64,000 bases of DNA from Heteronotia binoei. Its lineage: Eukaryota. Each line of letters opens with the position of its first letter. Position 1 is the first letter of the stretch. This document shows, in pieces, positions 13,001-46,450 of this stretch. The position numbers and the translations under genes were made by a program. Below the pieces are notes generated by a model. That model was given only the letters and a program-made list of their open reading frames with translations, was not told the origin of the DNA and searched no databases. Location of the stretch: positions 45,136,001 to 45,200,000 of the forward strand of contig NC_083226.1 of the NCBI RefSeq assembly GCF_032191835.1, read 5' to 3'.

Positions 13001-16000
13001 ACTATCATTCTCCCAATCCTTGCTATGTTAAACCCAACTCAAGGCTCTTGTGAAAATAACAGGCATAGGGGGGAGAGAGAACCATCCTTAGCTGCCTGGA
13101 GGAAGGGTAGATAGAAGTGTAGTAAATCTGGAACCAATAGCATACCATGTTGTAGTCTGCTAGCTGTCCTTGAAATTCTTTGATCTCACTAGCTAAAGAC
13201 TCTGCCCTAAAGGAGAACAGAAAACAGATCATTTGATGCCACTGCTTATACATTAAAAAGCAATCAAAGCAAGTTTCAGGTTTCACCATATATATCCCAA
13301 AAATCCTTCCCTAAGGACTTCAGTGATGAGAAATGGATTTGTGACTCAAAATGCATAAATACTAGCTACTATTAAAAAAGATGCTGAGAATCCATACAAC
13401 CTGACTTACCGTTTTTCATATGATAGGTAGACAGAGTTCTCTTGGTTATACATGTCAATTTCTTTCTGCAGCTTGTTGATTTCAGTGGAAAGCTCATTTA
13501 TTTTGCTTCTGTAAAAAAATTAGTTACCATCTTAATACATTATTCACTCTGTTGAAGAAATGTTTAATTTAAGTTGGATGGATAGTGACAACACCAGTCC
13601 CCACCCTTCTTCTTTGGCACTTCACAGTGTCAAACCCAGTGCCCACCAGGCCCAAAGGGATTCAGGGACACACCCTGTAAAGATCCACATGCTATCCAGC
13701 TGATCAATGTCAGCTAGTCCTTTAAAAGCCAGCCTTCTGGCAATCAGCTGCCTGGCAACTCTACCCTGGGAGCAGGAAAGGAGAGTGGAAGAGGACAAAC
13801 AGCTCATGGGCTTAGCTACTGGGCATTCTCCAGGAAGCTGAGGAGGAAGCTGAGGAGGACATACTGGTTGCCTGCTCAGAAGGGAGCAGAGCTAAGTGAG
13901 AGGAGGTGGAAATGAATTTTTAAATTGGATTAAAAGTATTTACACCTATCAATATGCTGGAATCTTAGTGAACAGTTTTTTATTAGGAAAAATTGAGATC
14001 ACCAAGGGAACGCAAAAGGATGCCTAATCTCACCATTACTATTCATTCTAACAATGGAAATAATGACCAATAAAATCACTGGAATAAAGGAATATAAGGA
14101 AGAACTTAAAATGAAAAGCTACACAGGTGATGTTATCATGACAGTGACAAGACCTTATATCTCTCTGATATATGTAACGGAACAACTAGACAATTTTGGA
14201 ACTCACTCTGGATATAAATGGATATAAACTGAACAAAAAGAAAACCAAGATAATCCTATTAAATACAAACAACAAAAAAATACAGAAAATAATGGGATGC
14301 CTTGTTACAAAAAAATCAATAAACTATTTGGGCATCAATATAACAGGTCAATGTAAAAATCTATATAAAGATAATTATCAAGAAGTTTGGATAAGTATCA
14401 CTGAAGACTTGCAAAGATGGGAAAAACTGAAAATTTAATGGCTAGGCAGACTATCTTCCATTAAAATGAATGTCTTGGCAAAGTTGTCTTTTTGTTTCAA
14501 ATGCTGCCAATCGATATAGAAGAAATGTTTTTAAAAAAATGGCAGAAAACTATAAACAACTTTGTATGGGATGGACAGAAGACAAGAGTAAGATTTAAAA
14601 TAATGCAAGATGAGAAAAAGAGAGGAGATTTGACAGCACTGAATATCAGACTGTACTGTCAAGCGGCAGAACTAGGTTGGATATCAGAATGGATTATAAA
14701 CCCAGATGAGAGGAATATTAAATTGGAGACAGCAGATACAAAGGAAGGAATCCACAACTACTTATGGACCAAGAACTATTCAAAAACAAGATGGCACTCA
14801 TCTAGTGAGAGATGGATTGCTGAGAATATGGTTTCAATGCAAAACCAAAATAAGCCCACCTATTTTGCCATTGACATCTTCAATTAATGTTTACTGTGAT
14901 GCATGCACCAGGAAAAAATTGATCATCTAACCAAGGGGTGTCAAACTCATTTGTTATGAGGGCTGAATCTGACATAAATGAGACCTTGCCAGGCCAGGCC
15001 ATGTTGGGCTGAGCCATGTGTGTACCTATTTAAGATTAGGTAGCAGAGATATAAACTTTATAAAGAACACAGACAAACACATTTAAACGGTTTTTTTAAA
15101 AAAAAAAAACTTAAAACATGTTTAAAACATTAGCACTCGGTCTTAAAGGTGCTTTCTTTGTATCTCTCCCATGGGATCCAGGGACAAAGGACAAGAAACC
15201 TCTGACTCTTTCCTTCCTTCCCCAGGGGACCAGGATGGGGAGGAGCCTCAGCCAATAGAAGGAAGGGAGACTTGGCTCAGTAGCTCTGCTGTGCAACCGA
15301 GAGAGCCTGGCAAAGCAAGCTCTGCCTCCTCCCCAAGAGAGGAGCCTCAGCCAATGGAGAAAATAGAGATTTCGCTCTGTAGCTCTTGTGCGATTGAGAA
15401 AGCCTTGCAAAGCAAGCTGTTATGCAGAAGGGAGCAAGAGAAAGGGAGAAGGAAGCAGATGACAGCCAGCTGCTCTGGGGCCTGATGGGAATCCTCTGAG
15501 GGCCTGATTTGGCCCCCAGGCTGCATGTTTGACACCCCTAATCTAACCTATGATTACATGATAAGGCACGGGAGAATAAATTCTTGGAAAGATATACAAA
15601 ATGAAGGAAAGAATATTCAGTGGTTGACGTTATCATCAAATGGCATCAAAAATACAAAGAACTAATAGCAAAAGAAGGAGATCATCTAAGACAGAAAATG
15701 ATATATGAAAAATTGATCACAGGCACTCTAAATAACCTATTAGGAAAAATATATAAAATGCTATTGCAATATGAAACAGAAAGAGAACAAGTGAAGGACT
15801 GTATAATTAAGATAAGAATTAAAAGATAAAGACCAGAATAATTAAGAGACAGAATCCAGCAACACACGTCTATAATGTTTATGTTTAGAATGATCTAACG
15901 CTAGAAATGTTAGGAATGAAAAATATAGGAATTCAGACCAGAACAAAAGTATATAAGTAATTTGTAAATAACAAAATAAGATCTGTTCAACAATTTCAGT

Positions 16001-19000
16001 GATACAGAAAAATGTGGTTAGTTATAATTTACTAGACAATATTTATGATTATAAATGATGGTTTTTTCTCTTTTATTGATATTTATGCTCTTGTCAATAA
16101 CATATGAAGTACTGTAGTATTTCTATCTTACCTTTTTTCAATGTTCCTATTGTTTATATAAAATTAAAAATATTATTTAAATTAAAAAATGGTCTGATGG
16201 GAAAGAGAGGAGAACAGCTGCCACAGAGGAAAGACTTAAAGACTCTTTCTCACCCCTGCCAGGACTGCAAGGCAGAAGGGAGAATAATGGATCCCATGTA
16301 CACACTGTGTAGAACCACAAACCCCTCAATGAGGCTAGCCCACCATTTCTGACACAAACTTCTTACATGGAGATGCCACGCATACTCATGAAAATTATAC
16401 TTCACATACCTAAGCACTCCAAGGTAATATGATTTATCCATAACTTGTCTCTGTGGTCCTAACAAAGAAAAACGAATATCAGTGGGATTTTTTTAGACAA
16501 CAACTCAAAGTACAATCTAGGAAGGGGGGCACAAAAGTGCTCAGGGAGCTGATCATCTGCTAGAATAGCATATCCCTGAGATATGCTGGCAGAGCATCCC
16601 AGCACCACTGCCACTTGCTAACTCAGCCCCACTGGCACTACCTCCTGTGCCAGCATGGGAAGAAGCAGGCCCAGGGCATTGCAGGAGTTAAATCAGCTCC
16701 CTAAGCCACCCCAGCCTTGGAATGCCCCCAAACAATGATACAGAGCTATGTCTATAAAAACTGTGGCATAGCCTATAGACATCCATGGGTGCAGGAATAG
16801 CAACCCCCCAATAGTTCCTATGACCCCAAGACTCCAAGAACCACAGGAGGCTGAAGTGCCCTACAACTGTTAGCCCCCATCCAAACTGCAGCCAATGCCA
16901 GCTCCTGGTAGCCAATATAAACACTGACTCATGTGTGGGCAGGATAGATGTCAAGTCATGTGGCATGGGACTACACTGGTCAGGCCTGTGACCACTGGAC
17001 TTAGCATCTCGCATCACTGCATCAGCTCAAACATATATTCAGGGAATGGCTGCACACTATGAGAGCACAACTTGCTGACAGGGCAGAGATGAGTAGGGGA
17101 CCAGCCACAGAATGCTAACAGACCCATGCAGGCCTTATTCCCCCAAGGAAGGTGCCTGCTTCCAACAGGAGGGCTCATCCCATGACTTTTCCCCAGAGAT
17201 GCTGATCTGGAACAGCCAATGAAGTAGGCTACTATGTGATGTAACCAAAGAGCAGTGGCAGGCTATTTGGAGTTCTTCCATATATAAAACGAAGGCAATG
17301 AACGTGCAACTTCAAGCCATTAAAGTTCTCACGCGCTGGTATAAGACCCCGGTGCAATTATCACACTCCTTCTCTACTTCGCCCCTCTGTTTTAAGAACT
17401 GCGGCCAGAGAGGCACATTCTTTCACTCCTGGTGGCTCTGCCCCGTTATACAAAGCTTTTGGAGGCTAATTTACCAAGAAGTACATGCCCTCACCTCATA
17501 CTCCCCACCTTTCATGCCGGAGTACGCTCTCCTGAACCTTGTAGGCACCTCACGCATTCCTGAGCACGCGGAGGAACTAATTTCACATATGTTCGTGGCA
17601 GCTAAATTTGCAATTGCCCTGGTTTGGAAGCAACACACTCCTCCCTCGAGACAGGCATGGTGGCTGAAACTATGGGATTATTTTGTTTTAGATAAGCTCA
17701 CCTATGACTTAGATCCTCGTTGCTCCTCCCAGACCGCTTCCTCGGACTTCGTGTGTAAATGGCGTCCCTTTATTGATAAAGTCTCAAAAGACAGCAGAAA
17801 CCCTAATGACTCACACCATGCTATATTAATGTCATGCCAACTACTGTTGTAATTAGTTTTTTAATGGTTAACATTGTATGTATCCACTTCCTCACTATAT
17901 ATTGGTATATGCTATGCATCTGCTGATGTACTACCACCTTTGTACCTTGAACTTTATACCAATAAAGCTTTTATATTAAAAAAAAAATACTATGTGATGG
18001 CAGAACCTCCGGTCAGCCCTATTGATAAGTATGCCACAAGACGGAGCAAAATGACCTCATGTCCCCTACCAGCACCTGTTGTCTGTCCAGACCAGGGACT
18101 GTAGTTGCATCTGAACAGCTGCAGAAAATGGCCCAGGGGCTAGTGCCACCACAATGAGCTAAAGCCCCTAGGGAAGCTTCCTTGAGTCCCATTCACAGCT
18201 GAGCCAGGACTACCACACCGTTAGAGAGGGCACTTGACTGATCCCTAGCCAAGGTGGGATGGCAGCCACAGGTAAATGCAGGAGCCCAGGGGATGGTGGC
18301 CAGGTTTGCATTCCAGTAGGTGCAGCACTGTTAACATGGTTCCTCCTTGGGTGGGACATGTCCAACTGTTGTCCAGAACAGTCCATGGCAGTGGAAAGAC
18401 TGGAATGCACCCCCCCCCCAGGAGCTCCTAACCTAACAACTGGGAAGTTGACAGGCTGAGGGAAGTGGGGGGCAACCCTATGGCTGAGTCCACAGAAAAC
18501 ACAAACATTAACAGACAATCAACTTTATTGTGAACATACTAACGGCAGCTTTTCAACACTAATAACAACACAAGCAACCCAGCAACAGAGGGTACCATGC
18601 CCTGGGGAAACGACAGTCAAGGTCGGATGGGTGCCTCCACCTGGCTAGGGAATGCTGGCTAATAATCCCCTTTCATTTCATTCATTACCTTTCATTCCTG
18701 TTTTCATTCCACTCAGTCCTTGCTGAGTCACTGGACGATCTGCAACTTTGATCTGTGAGGAGAACACCACTCCAGTACCTAAAGGAACACCACGTGTACC
18801 AGGTCTTGCTGTGCCTGGAGGGATCTGAAATAAATATTGGAGAGAAAACTGTTAGGCTGCTGGGGAGAAATTAACCTTGGGAAGAATAACATTGGCTATT
18901 CTGTTCTGCAACTTATAAACAGGCCTTAAAATGAGATAAATTTAATGTCTAGCTACATTTTAAATACAAATTCATCTGTAAGAAACTTACAGTGCAGACA

Positions 19001-19277
19001 CAAAACAAAATGTCACACCAGAATAAATAGAAAGGAAATATGCAGGAACATAAGGAGACCAAAGTTGCAAGATTTTTAAAAAAATAATTCTATATCGCTC
19101 ACAATACATATTATACTTTTGATCCTTTTATCATATAGGTTTATTTATTTAACTTACCCCACTACCCAATAAAGCTGCAGATGGAGGCCGTAATGAGGAT
19201 GATGGCGGTCGGGCTCCCAGCCCCATGCCTGCTCTTGAAGAGGGACGAGATGTAGGCGGCTTGTGATTACTTGCCAT
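10002..19277 (-). CDS. IFT74: Intraflagellar transport 74, 5' part (coding exons 19158-19277, 18689-18824, 16410-16458, 13410-13508, 13146-13206, 12642-12701, 10002-10063); continues beyond the left edge
   Basis: Spliced translation [26 protein letters not shown]...[132 protein letters not shown]; all introns GT-AG and phase compatible. Confidence 0.95.
12642..12701 (-). CDS. IFT74: IFT74 exon 7 ([20 protein letters not shown])
   Basis: 60 nt, canonical splice sites. Confidence 0.93.
13146..13206 (-). CDS. IFT74: IFT74 exon 6 ([20 protein letters not shown])
   Basis: 61 nt, canonical splice sites; inside ORF 13023-13289. Confidence 0.93.
13410..13508 (-). CDS. IFT74: IFT74 exon 5 ([33 protein letters not shown])
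   Basis: 99 nt, canonical splice sites. Confidence 0.94.
14000..16190 (+). mobile_element. Degraded L1-clade LINE ORF2 3' fragment, interrupted by a MITE
   Basis: GYKLNKKKT...YLGINIT...[24 protein letters not shown] motifs of the L1 post-RT region; many stops and frameshifts. Edges approximate. Confidence 0.8.
14933..15540. mobile_element. hAT MITE inserted in the L1 fragment
   Basis: TIRs aggggtgtcaaac / gtttgacacccct; perfect 8-bp TSD atctaacc. Confidence 0.9.
16410..16458 (-). CDS. IFT74: IFT74 exon 4 ([16 protein letters not shown])
   Basis: 49 nt, canonical splice sites. Confidence 0.93.
17242..17987 (+). mobile_element. 5'-truncated L1/Tx1-clade LINE
   Basis: 12-bp TSD tactatgtgatg (17230-17241, 17988-17999); open ORF 17298-17852 with CCHC-type motif [18 protein letters not shown]; AATAAA at 17961; poly-A tail. 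Confidence 0.9.
18689..18824 (-). CDS. IFT74: IFT74 exon 3 ([12 protein letters not shown]...MKTGMKG)
   Basis: 136 nt, atttcag acceptor, gtaatg donor. Confidence 0.93.
19158..19277 (-). CDS. IFT74: IFT74 exon 2 coding part (start codon; UTR part to 19304)
   Basis: ATG GCA AGT AAT CAC AAG, 120 nt, gtaagt donor; tttctag acceptor upstream. Confidence 0.93.
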
Positions 19278-19658
19278 TTTATTCCTTTTCTTTAAAATTT
19301 CCTTCTAGAAATAAGCAAATATTACACATTGAGACCTCAGTATAGGTTTTCTATATATGAGACTGCTAAGACTGATAAATAAGACTCACTGAAAAAGTGA
19401 TGTATCTGGCACACGTAGTTTTTTTGTTTTACACACACACGGCTTTTTTTTAACAGGAATGCACAGAAACACAGTTCCAGCTGGCTTCGTGACAGGGGGT
19501 TTGGCCTAATATGCAAATAAGTTCCTGCTGGGCTTTTTCTACAGAAAAGGCCATTATATTATGTAAATAATGCACATACATGTACACAGCGCTTTTTCTG
19601 GAGGAAAAATGAAGATGAACAGAGATAGAACAGAATTCTGAAATCTCTTTGTGGAAAC

Positions 19659-19988
19659 TAGTGTTGCCAAGTTCCTCTGCCGCTGCATCAGGGGATGAGA
19701 CATCACCCAGAAGTGCATGTGGTGTGATGATATCACCCAGAAGTGCAGTCATCGTGCTGGGGATGTCACGTCAGGGACACTCTAAGACTAATGATAAAAC
19801 TCTATGGTATCATAGAGTTTTACTGTGAGCTCTGGTGCATCACACTGGGGACACTCTAGGATACCATAGAGTCCTAGAGTGTCCCTGCGCGACATCCCTG
19901 GTGTGGTAACGCCACTTCCAGGTGATGTCATCACACTGGGGATGGCGTGAAGTGACAGGATTCTTCAGTCCTAGGCTTGGCAGTCCTA
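19659..19988. mobile_element. hAT MITE (TAGGGTTGCCA type) in IFT74 intron 1
   Basis: Ends tagtgttgccaa / ttggcagtccta; TSD gtggaaac/gtagaaac; internal hairpins. Confidence 0.75.
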
Positions 19989-20361
19989 GTAGAAACAATA
20001 TTCTCAAAAAATCTTTAAAAGTTCATGAGGGGCACCCCTGTGTTTCCCCCCCCCGCTTCTGTTTATGAATGTCCCAGGACGTTCATAAGCAAAAAGGAAA
20101 AAAAAACCCCACAACCGAGATTCCTCAGTTTTCAGACTTAAATGATACAATCCACACTATCAGGACTCTATTTCGTCCCTGAGGAATATACAGAAAAGGA
20201 TTTAGGATGTATTTGGGAGGATTCACAGATATTTAGGAAACTCCAATCTGGGACGGGCTGTAGGGTGGTTTAGGGATTTCCATTCCAGGTTTAAAGTAAA
20301 AGCGCTCCCATTCCCGCAAGATACCCCGATTTCAAGCGTAGAGGCACAAGGTCCAGCTTAC

Positions 20362-20470
20362 CTGACACTTCCTCTCACCCCTCCACCTCCGATGGTAACC
20401 CGAGAGTGAAGGGGGAACTTCATCTAACGGCTTCCTCCACGCGTTTGCCACCGTATCATAGCAACCAAGC
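20362..20470 (-). other. IFT74: IFT74 non-coding exon 1 (5' end approximate)
   Basis: CAG|GTAAGC donor on the minus strand at 20362 inside the CpG island; TSS not determinable. Confidence 0.55.
20453..20465. promoter_or_regulatory. RFX X-box-like site GTATCATAGCAAC
   Basis: Resembles GTTNCCATGGCAAC, at the 5' end of a ciliary gene; a second half-site ATGGTAAC lies at 20392-20399. Confidence 0.6.
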
Positions 20471-20570
20471 CAGCCACCTCCTGTCCCTGTGTTTCATTCT
20501 CACGACTCGACTTCTCATCGCGAGATTTCCTAACGGTTCTTTTGCCAACCTCTAGATTGCTTTGGTGTTT

Positions 20571-20590
20571 GCATTCTGGGAAATGTAGTC
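20571..20590 (-). promoter_or_regulatory. ZNF143/THAP11 (SBS, ACTACAnnTCCCA) motif
   Basis: GCATTCTGGGAAATGTAGTC is the reverse of GACTACATTTCCCAGAATGC, a full match to the motif typical of bidirectional promoters. Confidence 0.8.
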
Positions 20591-20756
20591 TTCTTACTCA
20601 GCCTCGCTTTTCGCAAGGTTCGGCTCGTCCTGGATGGCGCATGTTTTTCGGCGCTTAGTGAATGACGATAATTCCGGTGAAGGGAGGGGGAGAAAGGAAG
20701 GCGGCGGCGGCGGCGCTGTTCTCGGTGCTGTGTCAGGGTGGGAAAGCGGGAGGGCG

Positions 20757-43082
<22,326 letters not shown>

Positions 43083-43190
43083 CCTTTTTTAAAAAGCACT
43101 TGGGAGCCTAGGTCTGTGCTGAAGATTTTAAAAGAATTGATGAAATACTGTGGATTAATTATCTGATCATTAAGTTAAAAAAACCCCTAA

Positions 43191-43196
43191 AATAAA
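43191..43196 (+). terminator. Candidate PLAA polyadenylation signal AATAAA
   Basis: ~110 nt after the stop, followed by a T-rich tract. Confidence 0.45.
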
Positions 43197-44047
43197 ACTT
43201 TTTTGCACTGATCTTTAAATTGCTATCTTTTAATGCTGCAATGTACGAGAATATGCTGTGTATCCTACTACCAATGAGTCTTAGAATTTACTATCAAAGC
43301 AGAAATTTGCAAGGCAATCTTGATTCAATTAGATATGGTTTCAAATCCAGTTATTTAGTTAAACTTTACAAGGAACTGTGATTGTAAATATAAGACGCTT
43401 CCTAGTCACCCTGTTTTATATGAACCACATGTCAAAGGTAATCCTGATTTCTTATGAACCTGTGCAAACTGCTAAAGCAGTGTTTTCTAGTTTCAAAGGA
43501 ATTCAGTGGTGTGTATTCAACTTCATGAGATTATGGAAAAAAATGATAACATCAAGCATACCAGCAAAAATGTGGGTTGAATTTTTAGATGAGCTGGGGG
43601 CTTTCCCTTTTTAAAATTCTATTTCTGTAAAATGTTCCTTCAGAATGCATATCTTTCTCAGGATTCAGTGATAACATTACTAGGTTTCACAGTGGGAAGG
43701 TTATCTACAGCCAGCCAGATTGCAATAATAACGCTGCAAAGTGGGAGCTGCCTCATTCATATTGATGAGACATTCATTCTAAAGTCTAATCCGTTCTACC
43801 AAAATGTCAGCATTATTCTTAGTTCCTTATCAGAAACATGCAGCTCATGTGCTTATCCTTTGTTCTTGTCCGTTTAGAAATATACTAAATATGTGAATAG
43901 TACATTCAGGTTCAAAATACCTAATTTATTTTGTTGGGGGGAAATCTACTACTTTCATCTGGATGTGCTGAATCAAATTCCAGTGTGCTAGTCTAAGATT
44001 TATCTGAAATACCTTTTTCACTCCAGTATCTGTTCTCAATGTGACAG

Positions 44048-44262
44048 TGGTGGAAACTGCTGTCAAGTCATAGCCAATTTATGGTGGCCCCAAAGGGTTT
44101 TTGCAGCAAGAAATATTCAGTGGTTTGCCATTGCCTGCCTTGACTTAGTGACCCTGAACTTCCTTGGTGGTCTCCTATCCAAATACTAATCAGGACTTAC
44201 CCTGTTTAGCAGCCAAAATCTGATGAGATTGGGACTAGTGTGGGCCATCCAAAGCAGGACCT
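44048..44262 (-). mobile_element. 5S-derived SINE
   Basis: ggtctcctatccaaatactaatcagg matches reverse 5S; Sauria-like tail. Confidence 0.7.
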
Positions 44263-45109
44263 GGTAGCTATCTGTTCTACTAATGTGCATGGTATTGACC
44301 TGAACTGACAAGTGTTAAGGAATATTTATGTTTCATTTAAGAGGGACGATTGCTAATGTAGGAGCCAGTATCAAAATAGTAAAAAGAAAACGTCAAATCA
44401 TCGTTCTGGATAGGTGAGTGCATAGCTAACAATCTATTCCAGCAGAACGTTTGAATTTAGTGGCACCTTTAACACCAAGAAGTTTTATTCAAGGTATTAT
44501 CATTTGTGAGCAAGTACATTTCTTCAGATACAGATGCTGTATCTTTTAAACTTCGTTCTACTGCTTCAGACTGGCATGGCTGCCCACCTGGATCAATGTA
44601 ATCCAGCACAAGCTTTCTTGAGTCAGACTTCATCTCGTCATCTTTCAGTTGCATCTGCCTATTGGAGATATACTTCACACATCTCATAAAATGACCTCTG
44701 ACTCAGATAAATTTATGTTGGAATATTTTTTTTAATCTAACATGCCACTGGACTCCTCTATGTCCAAAAATACTCTGTACAGTACATAATTGCTTAATTA
44801 AAAGCTATCAAAGGTTGAGAGAGCATTAGAGGACTGGAAGATATCAGTAGCATTTTATGGTATCTTTTTTCCAGGCTGGAGAAGTTAAGAGTAGCCCAAA
44901 CCTTGAAGATACAAGTCTTTGGATGGCCCACGCTAGTCCAATCTCACCATTTGTCCTGTTATCTTGTAAGAGGCTGCCTTGCTATCTAAGATAGCTGCTG
45001 CCCCTAACTTTGTACTGTAAATGTGCAAAAGAGCTCTACTGTAATCATGTAGGAAACAAATGGCAAACTTTGCATGTTATCCAGGCTAATAGTTGTCTTT
45101 TTTTTTTGT

Positions 45110-45297
45110 TACTGTCAAGTCACAGCTGCCTTACGGTGCCCTCTGGGGTTTTCAAGGGAACAACCATTCAGACATGGTTTGCCATTGCCTGCCTCTGCAT
45201 AGCGATCCTGGATTTGACAGACTCTCAACCAGATACTAACCAGGGCTGACCTTGCTCAGCTTCTGGGTTCTGCCAAGATTGGGCTATCTAGGTTAGG
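45110..45297 (-). mobile_element. 5S-derived SINE
   Basis: Same family as 44048-44262. Confidence 0.65.
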
Positions 45298-45949
45298 GAA
45301 TTAGTCATTTGTACACAACCATTAAAAATACATGAGTGGTGCCTCCTGGTGTTTGGTCACTTGTGGGTTTTTTGCTTGCTTTCATCTCTGCAGTGATTTT
45401 ACCTTAAGTAATACTTTTTGCCTCAGTCCCATTTAGCAACTGAAAACTGGTATGGTAAAGCAAATAGCTCCCATCCCCCTTCAATGCAAGCCCTTGCTAC
45501 TTTATGGAAGAGAGGGAAAAGAACTTGAGTGCAAGAACAATGTATGACTTTTGTAGGCAGTCTTCATCAGAGATTATTTCGTTGCTTTGAAGATATTTCC
45601 CTGGCCCTGCTTGTGAAGCAACTCAAGAACTTGCAATTTTGCCCTCTGTTGCTAATATGTGACTTTCTATGGTTACACGACGTGCGGGGAGGAAAATAAA
45701 GTATGACATATCTATCTGAAGATGGCTCCAGGTTGCCAACACAACGGAAGAAATCCCAAACATTAATAGTGACCAGAATCCCCACTAGAAAAGTCCTTTA
45801 TGCTTGTATAGACCACGTAAAGAATCTCGTGACAGTGTCGTGAGATGTCAACTGCCATTTTCTGGAAAGATACCTAGGGTGGGTCCTTTTCCCTTCTTTT
45901 CCAGCTCCTATCCCTGCGCAGACAAATGGCAGCAGCTGCAGACGGGAGG

Positions 45950-46450
45950 AGACGCCGCTCCTACTTTCTCCTTTCCAAAAAGATGAACAAGCGCCAGCGA
46001 CTGTGAAAAGGCGTCAGCTCCCCTTGCGCGTCTCCGCTCGTAAGGACACGACCACTTCGGCACAGAACGACGGATACGCGGGGCGATTGAGTCCAGATGC
46101 CTATTGGCCGCCAGGGCGTGACGTCACCAACACACGCCACAAATGACGGCTCTAGCCGTCGCGCGCCTTTGTCGACAACCCACAGCCGAGGCGGTTGGTG
46201 CGGTATGGGCAGTTAAATAGATATATTTAAGAGCATTGTCTGAAGAGGGGACCATGACAGGCCGTAAATTCGCTAAAGAGAAGAAGCGGCATCGCTCCCG
46301 CCTGTGTTGCCCGGAGGAGGGAGGAGGCACCGAGAGGAAACGGCGGAGCACGGACTCTCAGCACGGCCTTCAGGAGGTAGAGCGCGCCCTCAGTCGTCGG
46401 GGGGGGGGCTGTAACTGTAAAACGCACGCGCAGAATTGGGGGGCGGTGTT
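45950..46450 (+). promoter_or_regulatory. CAAP1 CpG-island promoter with reverse CCAAT (46103-46107) and full CRE TGACGTCA (46119-46126)
   Basis: CpG-rich region over exon 1; motifs read directly. Confidence 0.75.
46254..46376 (+). CDS. CAAP1: CAAP1 exon 1
   Basis: ACCATGA start context, 41 codons, GAG|gtagag donor. Confidence 0.85.

Noticed and set aside
16560-18530. GC-richer intronic block hosting the L1, possibly a decayed transposon ORF
   Set aside because: No recognisable motif, termini or TSD.
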